Source: Candidatus Uhrbacteria bacterium
GTDB taxonomy: Bacteria > Patescibacteriota > Patescibacteriia > SG8-24
Length of the DNA stretch: 64,000 nucleotides
NCBI GenBank assembly: GCA_016929435.1
Contig: JAFGIV010000026.1
Span: 30,097-94,096, forward strand
Direction: 5' to 3'
Part shown: piece by piece, positions 57,780 through 64,000 of the stretch
Numbering within the stretch: the stretch's first letter is position 1
How the letters are laid out: each line of letters begins with the position of its first letter
The notes under the pieces: generated by a model
Database searches by the model: none
The model's input: the letters and a program-made list of their open reading frames with translations, nothing else
Told to the model about the DNA's origin: nothing
Made by a program: the position numbers and the translations under genes

Positions 57780-58880
57780 CTAAAGCCGGTTGCGAATGAC
57801 CCCTCCCCCCAAACAATTTTCACCGTCATAGAATACGATGAACTGCCCCGGAGTCATGGCCCGCTGTTTCCGGACGAATTCGGCGACCCAAGATCCCCGT
57901 TCCCCTTTCCGGGTGACGGTCACGGCCTGAAGCGGCTGGCGGTAACGGATGCGGGCCCGACATTTGAGCGGCAAAATCGGCGGATGCCCGGCGATCCAGT
58001 GAACCGGACCGAAGGCCAGGCTTTTGGAATAAAGGGCCTTTTTCTCGTCCCTGGCTTGAGCCACGATCAGCCGGTTGTTTTTCAGGTCCTTGTCGACCAC
58101 GAACCACGGCCCGCCGGCCATCCCCAACCCGTGCCTCTGTCCGACGGTGTAATGGACAAGGCCGGAATGCTTCCCGACTTCACGGCCCCGAACGTCAATG
58201 ACGGTTCCGGATCGGCTTTCGATCCGTTGGCCCAGGAAATCACCCAATTTGACCTTGCCGATAAAGCAGATGCCCTGACTGTCCTTCTTTTCCGCCACCG
58301 GCAACCCGAATTTCCGGGCCAACTCCCGGACTTTCGGTTTCCTGAAGTGGCCGATCGGAAACAGCACCCGGCTCAACTGCCTTTGGGTAATCTGATTCAG
58401 AAAATACGATTGGTCCTTGTTCCTGTCCAAACCGGCCAGGAGCCGGTACTCCCCCGTTTGTGACCTTTCCGTCCGGCAATAATGCCCGGTGGCGATCATG
58501 TCCGCCCCCAGGCGCCTGGCCTCCCCCATGAACAGGTCAAACTTTATGTCCCGGTTGCATAGGACATCCGGGTTTGGGGTGCGTCCGGCAGCGTATTCCC
58601 TGACCATGTAACCGACCACCGCTTCCCGATACTCCTTTTCGAAATCAAAAACCACGAACGGGATGCCGAGACGGACGGCCACCCGTTCGGCATCGTGCTT
58701 CTCCCTGCGCCAGGCACAGCCGCCGGTCACCGGATCCTTGGTGTCGGACCAGTTCTTCATGAAGGCTCCGACAACCGTATATCCCTGTTCCTGGAGAAGT
58801 GCGGCGGCGACTGCGGAATCCACCCCGCCGGACAGGCCGACAAAGACGGTCTTTCCGCTTTTTGCGGTTTTTTCCGTCAT
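57780..58880 (-). CDS. mnmA: tRNA 2-thiouridylase MnmA
   Basis: SGGVDS, TPNPDVLCN, ATGHY, KDQSYFL and DSQGICF motifs. Confidence 0.97.
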   Translation of the reverse strand: MTEKTAKSGKTVFVGLSGGVDSAVAAALLQEQGYTVVGAFMKNWSDTKDPVTGGCAWRREKHDAERVAVRLGIPFVVFDFEKEYREAVVGYMVREYAAGRTPNPDVLCNRDIKFDLFMGEARRLGADMIATGHYCRTERSQTGEYRLLAGLDRNKDQSYFLNQITQRQLSRVLFPIGHFRKPKVRELARKFGLPVAEKKDSQGICFIGKVKLGDFLGQRIESRSGTVIDVRGREVGKHSGLVHYTVGQRHGLGMAGGPWFVVDKDLKNNRLIVAQARDEKKALYSKSLAFGPVHWIAGHPPILPLKCRARIRYRQPLQAVTVTRKGERGSWVAEFVRKQRAMTPGQFIVFYDGENCLGGGVIRNRL

Positions 58881-58901
58881 ACCGAAACTTGGTTTTCCCC
58901 G

Positions 58902-59600
58902 TCAAACCGCCCGTTCCGGAACCATGTCCGAAATCCATCCGGCCAGTTCCGCCATGAACTCCGGATTTGTCCCGAACAGTTCCGTCCCGTGGCCGGCCCC
59001 CTCGAATTCCCTGACCGTGGCCTCCGGCCTGATTCCCGAAAGCTCCCGGACGGCCGCAATTGACCGGTCGTCCTCCCGACTGGCCGCCAGGAACAGTTTC
59101 TGGCCAGCACCCATCATCCGAACCCTGTCCTCCGTCGTCAGGCCGTGGTAGTTGAGACCGGGCGAAAGGGCCGCAACCGCCGGCAATTCCGGATGGGTAC
59201 CGGCATAGGCGATGGCCAGGTTGGCCCCGATGGAGGCCCCGACCAACCCAATGTTTTTCAGGGTGATCCCGGCCTCTTCGGACAGCCAACCCACCGCCGC
59301 CTTTACGTCCCGAATCTTGGCCATGTGTTCCTCGTCACCGAAAAGGCGGTAATCGAGAGCCTGTCCGTTCGGCCCGGAAACGCTCTGGCCGTGTCCGCGC
59401 AGGTCAATCGTCAAAACGCCAAAACCCGCTTCGATCAGGTATGGCTCGAACGACATCCAGCTCTCCTTGGCGGCCGGCATCATGTGAAGCAGGACGGCCC
59501 CCCGCCTTCCCCGACGATCCGGCCTCCCGACGTCGCTGACGCTGTATGCGCCGCAAACGGTCACCCCGTCCTGCGTGATGAAACTTACAGATTTTTTCAT
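58902..59600 (-). CDS. Alpha/beta hydrolase
   Basis: DLRGHG, GASIG and GHG motifs. Confidence 0.88.
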   Translation of the reverse strand: MKKSVSFITQDGVTVCGAYSVSDVGRPDRRGRRGAVLLHMMPAAKESWMSFEPYLIEAGFGVLTIDLRGHGQSVSGPNGQALDYRLFGDEEHMAKIRDVKAAVGWLSEEAGITLKNIGLVGASIGANLAIAYAGTHPELPAVAALSPGLNYHGLTTEDRVRMMGAGQKLFLAASREDDRSIAAVRELSGIRPEATVREFEGAGHGTELFGTNPEFMAELAGWISDMVPERAV

Positions 59601-59611
59601 ATGGTAAATGC

Positions 59612-60586
59612 CTATTCGCCGCCGTCAACGGTCAAAAGATCACGGGAGTAGAAATCGGAAAGAAAGCGGTCAACCACGTCCGCCCCGATCAGGTATCCCA
59701 GGCTGCCGCCGATCTTCCCCCTGATGGCCGCCGTCGGCACGCCGATGAACAGGCCGTTGGCGTCGAAAGCCGCCCCTCCGGAGGTTCCGGAATCGATCAG
59801 GGCCGAGGTCTTTATCAGCCCGTCACCCACCCGCCCGCTCACCACCCCCTCCGTGAAGGTAAACGTTTCGGCTCCGACTCCCGGATACCCGCCGATAAAG
59901 ACGGCATCGCCCAACTTCAGTGAATTGGCCGCCTCGGACTGTCCGGCGACCGGCAGGGCGACAAACCCGCCGCCTATGGGTTTGCCGTCAAGCCTCTCCG
60001 TCACCTTCAGTATCGCCAGGTCGTCCCGCCCGTGAACCGCCACGGCCTTGGCCAGGTATTCCGGCTTGGGGGGCTGGCGCTCGTCGACCGTGAACCCGAT
60101 GCCGCAATGGCGGATGTAGCTTCCGTCCTCGCTGGTCATGGCGTGCCGATTCGTCAGGATATGCCCCTCCGAATCGATGACCGTCCCGGAAGCCGTGTAG
60201 TAAACCCCCTGATCCCCGTTGTCAATGCAGAAAACCTCGACTATGGACGGCAGCAGCGATTCGGCCGAAAACGGCGGTTGCCCGCCTCTCCTTTCGGATT
60301 CCTCCTGCCTGACGAAAAGGTCGTTCAGCCGTTCGGAAAGCGCTGTCTTGGATTGGAGATCCTGACGGACCAGGCGATTCAGCCGGGCTGCCAGCCATGC
60401 CTGATCCGCACGGATAACCGACTCGTTCGCCTGCCGGACCATGTTTTCCGTCCGCCGCTCGATCAGTCTCCAACAGCCGGCCAGGACCGTCACCGTCAGG
60501 CTGGCGGTCAGGGCAGCGGCCAGGACCGGACGCATCCGGCCCATGAAAGGCGGCTTGAATCGAATGGGATGCGGTTCCCCTTCCAT
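59612..60586 (-). CDS. Membrane-anchored trypsin-like serine protease
   Basis: ILTNRH, DLAIL and GTSGG catalytic triad motifs. Confidence 0.88.
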   Translation of the reverse strand: MEGEPHPIRFKPPFMGRMRPVLAAALTASLTVTVLAGCWRLIERRTENMVRQANESVIRADQAWLAARLNRLVRQDLQSKTALSERLNDLFVRQEESERRGGQPPFSAESLLPSIVEVFCIDNGDQGVYYTASGTVIDSEGHILTNRHAMTSEDGSYIRHCGIGFTVDERQPPKPEYLAKAVAVHGRDDLAILKVTERLDGKPIGGGFVALPVAGQSEAANSLKLGDAVFIGGYPGVGAETFTFTEGVVSGRVGDGLIKTSALIDSGTSGGAAFDANGLFIGVPTAAIRGKIGGSLGYLIGADVVDRFLSDFYSRDLLTVDGGE

Positions 60587-60587
60587 A

Positions 60588-62876
60588 TCAAAACCTTATT
60601 ACCTGACCGGGCTTGAGGGATTTTTCCCCGTCACCGGCTTTCTTGTCCGATTCCCCGAGTCCCGCATCCGGACCGCCCGATGGTTTTGGCGGTTCCTTCG
60701 GGATTTCAGGAACCGAACCGGCCTTTTCGCCCCCCACCGTCCCCGAAACCGGACGGACCGGCGAACCTTCCCTGGCCGCCGGTTGGGGAACCAGGGCCGA
60801 AAGGCTGATGGCGGGAACCGAAGCGACCGGGACACCGGTCACTGGATTGGCCTGGCCGATCGGCGGCGGTTTAGGGGGCGTCTCGGCCCTAACGGGCGTC
60901 GGGCGGACAGGCGGGCGGACCGGATCCCCTGCCGGACGGACAGCCGCCCTGTTCGAATTGCCGGGGGAAATAACCACCCGCGGGTGACGGACCGGCGGCG
61001 AAACAGGACGGACAACGGCCGGACGAATGGGCGGAATTGGGGACTTGGGTGGCGATTGGGGTTGCGGTTGGGAACGACTGGCCAAAACGGAAAGGCCGAC
61101 TGCCTTCGGCAATGACGGTGAAGGGACCGGGGGTATTCCGGAACCGGTTGGCGGGTTGGGCGGACGGATCGGCGGGTTGGGCGGACTAATCTGAGACGGG
61201 ACGGACGGCGGAACGGTTCCGGCCATGATCTGGCTGGTCGGCAACGGGGCGGGAACGCGAATAGCCGCCGGCCCCATCCTCTGCCGTTCCTCCAGGTGTT
61301 CCTTGCAGAACCAGGGACGGGAACGGTCTGGCTCGAAATTCAGCTTGGATACCTTCCCGCAAACCGAACACGGCATCTCGAATTGGGGCTTGGATTTCTT
61401 TCCCTTGGATCCGGCCAGTTCCGGAATGTTGGGGGAGGAGGCCTGGAGCACCTTGACCTTTTCCTCTATCACCTTCTCCTCGTCATCCATTTTCTCGACC
61501 GGTTCCTCCCCTGCCTCCTGTTCCTCCTCGGTCATTATGACGCCACCGGCATCAACGGTCCCCATGCCGCTCCACCGAAGGACCTTGCCCTCGATCTTTT
61601 CCCGCGGAACGGCATAGCGCTCCCTCGTGACCCTAATGACCTTACCGTAACTGCCGGTTCGGGTGGCGATCGGCGGCAGGGTATTGGCGGAAAACGGTTC
61701 CGATGAGGCGCCGTCGATCATCAGCTTCAGGTAAATCTCGTATTTCCCCAAACCCACCAGGTCCTCCTCCGTAAACCGCGGGGTGAATTCCTTGACCAGC
61801 TCCTCGGCATCCGGCGAGCCGACCCTGAAGGTGATCATGGTCCCCACGTTGCCGAAAACGGCCGGCTTGACCGTCTCGTCCAGCTGTTCGATGTATTGGT
61901 GGGCAACGGTCAGGGCCAGACGGTACTTGCGGGCCTCGGACAGGATGGTGGCGAACGATTCGGTGGCGAAATTCTGGAACTCGTCAACGAACAGGTAGAA
62001 ATCCTGGCGGTCCCTCTCCGGCATGTCCACCCGCTCCATGGCCGCCAACTGCAGGCGGGAAATTATCATCGCCCCGAGCAGGCGAGAATTCTCCTCCCCG
62101 ATCAGGCCCTTGGAAAGGTTGAGGATCAGGATCTTCCTGGTGTCCATTATCTCCCGCAGGTTCATGGTCGAATTCACCTGGGCCACGATGTTCCGGATGA
62201 CGGAGGATGAGACGAACTGGCCGACCTTGTTCTGGACCGGAGCGACCGCCTCGGTCCGGTATTTCTCCGAAAAGGCCGCAAACTCCTTGACCCAGAAGGT
62301 CTTGACCACCGGGTCCTGGATCATGGAAACCACCCGTTTCCGGTATTCCTCGTCGGAAAGCAGCCGGTTGATCCCCAAAAGCGTCGAACCCGGCGCATCC
62401 AAGAGTGCCAGGACCGTATTCAGCAGGATGTATTCCATCCGGGACGACCACATGCCTTCCCAGATCTTCTTGAAGACGGACATCAGACCGCCGGCCACCA
62501 GGTTCTTCTGGGACGGGTCAGACAGCTCGAAGATGTTGAAACCGATCGGAAAATCGACGTCCGAGGGGTCGAAATAGACCACGTCGTTGATCCGGCTGGG
62601 GGGTATGAAATCGATCAGGTTCTGGGCCGTATCCCCGTGTGGATCGACATAACAGCAACCGTGGCCGGAATTGACGTCGTGCAGGAACATGTTCTCCAGA
62701 AGGACCGACTTGCCCATGCCGGTCTTTCCGATCACGTACACGTGGCGGCGGCGGTCATCGGTCTTGATGCCGAACTTCCGGTGCTGGTTGCGAAAATTGG
62801 TGACGGCGAAGGGCATCACCTCATTCTCGTGGTCATGGTCGTACGGCGGCGGAGTCTTATATGGCGGCATAGGCAC
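60588..62876 (-). CDS. CPR-type VirD4/TraG-like (HerA/FtsK) ATPase with a Zn-knuckle and Pro-rich tail
   Basis: DRRRHVYVIGKTGMGKS, DPHGD, VDEFQNF and SEARKY motifs; CxxC-x17-CxxH. Confidence 0.88.
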   Translation of the reverse strand: MPMPPYKTPPPYDHDHENEVMPFAVTNFRNQHRKFGIKTDDRRRHVYVIGKTGMGKSVLLENMFLHDVNSGHGCCYVDPHGDTAQNLIDFIPPSRINDVVYFDPSDVDFPIGFNIFELSDPSQKNLVAGGLMSVFKKIWEGMWSSRMEYILLNTVLALLDAPGSTLLGINRLLSDEEYRKRVVSMIQDPVVKTFWVKEFAAFSEKYRTEAVAPVQNKVGQFVSSSVIRNIVAQVNSTMNLREIMDTRKILILNLSKGLIGEENSRLLGAMIISRLQLAAMERVDMPERDRQDFYLFVDEFQNFATESFATILSEARKYRLALTVAHQYIEQLDETVKPAVFGNVGTMITFRVGSPDAEELVKEFTPRFTEEDLVGLGKYEIYLKLMIDGASSEPFSANTLPPIATRTGSYGKVIRVTRERYAVPREKIEGKVLRWSGMGTVDAGGVIMTEEEQEAGEEPVEKMDDEEKVIEEKVKVLQASSPNIPELAGSKGKKSKPQFEMPCSVCGKVSKLNFEPDRSRPWFCKEHLEERQRMGPAAIRVPAPLPTSQIMAGTVPPSVPSQISPPNPPIRPPNPPTGSGIPPVPSPSLPKAVGLSVLASRSQPQPQSPPKSPIPPIRPAVVRPVSPPVRHPRVVISPGNSNRAAVRPAGDPVRPPVRPTPVRAETPPKPPPIGQANPVTGVPVASVPAISLSALVPQPAAREGSPVRPVSGTVGGEKAGSVPEIPKEPPKPSGGPDAGLGESDKKAGDGEKSLKPGQVIRF

Positions 62877-64000
62877 TAACCCTCACCCTCCTCGTCATCG
62901 TCCTGAACGGTAGGGATGGCAGACGGCGGCGGAACCGACGGCCTGGAACCGACCTCCGTAAACGGGGTCAGGGACTGTCCGGAAACGGCAAAGGGAAGCC
63001 CCGGCGGCGGTTCGGCACGTTTGGCGTCCGTCTTCTTGACCGACGGGGCCTTGGTGAACTTGAACGGGAAGTGGTAAAGGGTGGCCAGTTCCTCAATGTT
63101 GAGTATGAAGTGGGTCGCCCCGGCGGACATGCTGCGAGACCGGAAATTGCGGACAATGGCGTTCCGTAACCGCCTCATCTTCGGCCGCTGCCAGGGGTAG
63201 GTGGCCTTGGGCATGACCTTGGTGTACCAGCGGATGCCGTTGGAATCAAGGGTGGTCAAAACGCTAAGGGAACTGCCCACGCCGCCGACCAGCTTCATCT
63301 TGGAGAAACTCTCCTTACGAGCGACGTAACAGACGCGAATCTTGCAGTCCAAACCCGGCTTGGAGGCCTTGGCCTGGACCGCATCAAGCAGGTTCCGATC
63401 GTGGGTGGTCATTTCCATGATCTTGGGCCCCGTCTTGTCGTCCTTCTTCGGCGGCTCCGATTCCGTCCCCAAAACCTGGTCCGCGAACAGTCTCGGCCAT
63501 TCCATCAGCCCGGCGATCGGATCGGCCTTGGCTGCCGGCTTCTTCTTTCCGATCGCCTCGTCGACAACTTCCTTGCTGGCCTTCTTCCAGCTGCCGTCAT
63601 TTGGCCTGACCAGGAACTGCAGCCAAAGCTGTTCACCCGGACCGGCCGAACCCATCACCTCCAACAGTCCGGCCATCGGATCCTTGAAGTATTCCTCGGA
63701 CAGGCTGTGCTCGTATTCAATGTGGGTCCGGATCGGAAAGGCGCTGGGCCGACTCAATATGAACTCCAGCCCAAAGGCGTCATGGGTCTCGTTCGGGTAG
63801 GTTCCCGGAACCGTGGCGGCATAGTCCTCGATTTCGACTATCTCGGCATCCGGGTATTGGGAATAGATGGCCGCTTCCAGGGTATTGCGGGCCGAACTCG
63901 GCGTCCGAACCAGGAACTGGACATAGCCCTCAATGGAGACAATCTCGAAACTGTAGGTGTTCTGGACGATCCCCAGCCACCACCTGTCCCGAAAATCGGT
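62876..64000 (-). CDS. Conserved CPR protein typically upstream of the VirD4-like ATPase (5' end outside the window)
   Basis: Frame open to the window edge: SFEIVS, EAAIYSQYPDAEI..EDY, FPIRT and ILNIEELATLYHFP motifs. Confidence 0.75.
   Translation of the reverse strand, partial: TDFRDRWWLGIVQNTYSFEIVSIEGYVQFLVRTPSSARNTLEAAIYSQYPDAEIVEIEDYAATVPGTYPNETHDAFGLEFILSRPSAFPIRTHIEYEHSLSEEYFKDPMAGLLEVMGSAGPGEQLWLQFLVRPNDGSWKKASKEVVDEAIGKKKPAAKADPIAGLMEWPRLFADQVLGTESEPPKKDDKTGPKIMEMTTHDRNLLDAVQAKASKPGLDCKIRVCYVARKESFSKMKLVGGVGSSLSVLTTLDSNGIRWYTKVMPKATYPWQRPKMRRLRNAIVRNFRSRSMSAGATHFILNIEELATLYHFPFKFTKAPSVKKTDAKRAEPPPGLPFAVSGQSLTPFTEVGSRPSVPPPSAIPTVQDDDEEGEG

Noticed and set aside
1-64000. Canonical KOPS (GGGNAGGG) polarity as support for the terminus
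   Set aside because: Right-side copies point toward the site, but several left-side copies (e.g. ~4716, ~5568, ~10855) point away, so it is not supportive by eye
60588-64000. Conjugative element/ICE
   Set aside because: No relaxase, VirB4 or integrase; the gene pair sits among housekeeping genes
1-64000. CRISPR array, tRNA, rRNA or IS element
   Set aside because: None recognised on reading; small RNAs could be missed without covariance searches

Overview
The window looks like a chromosomal segment of a Patescibacteria/CPR (Parcubacteria-like) bacterium. This is inferred from the short AlaS, an RpoA lacking the alpha-CTD, the CPR-type VirD4-like ATPase pair and a TTCGG-N6-TTCGG LexA box. The left arm (1-13 kb, all + strand) holds mreBCD-mrdA, lysS, serS, an ftsQ-like gene and a MacAB-type ABC exporter. 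The accessory middle (13.4-34.5 kb) holds an FGE-domain gene, an LpxC homologue, ASCH and GNAT-GNAT-ASCH genes bracketed by a 33-bp direct repeat, and a Type III R-M operon whose mod and res are separated by a GHKL-ATPase/nuclease and a TIR + TM-macro (type II Thoeris) pair. It also holds a HARE-HTH nuclease and a ~6.2-kb filamentous (inovirus-like) prophage. The prophage is bounded by a 15-bp direct repeat whose flanks reconstruct a dif-like 11-6-11 site, and it has no recognisable integrase or Rep. The right arm (34.5-64 kb, mostly - strand) holds an M23 peptidase, gltX, a WecB/TagA transferase, clpB (CIRCE), lexA, priA-def-fmt, polysaccharide genes, the infA-rpmJ-rpsMKD-rpoA-rplQ-rplM-rpsI cluster, alaS, mnmA and the CPR VirD4-like locus. 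The switch in gene orientation across the middle suggests a replication terminus. All calls come from reading motifs by eye; no database searches were run.
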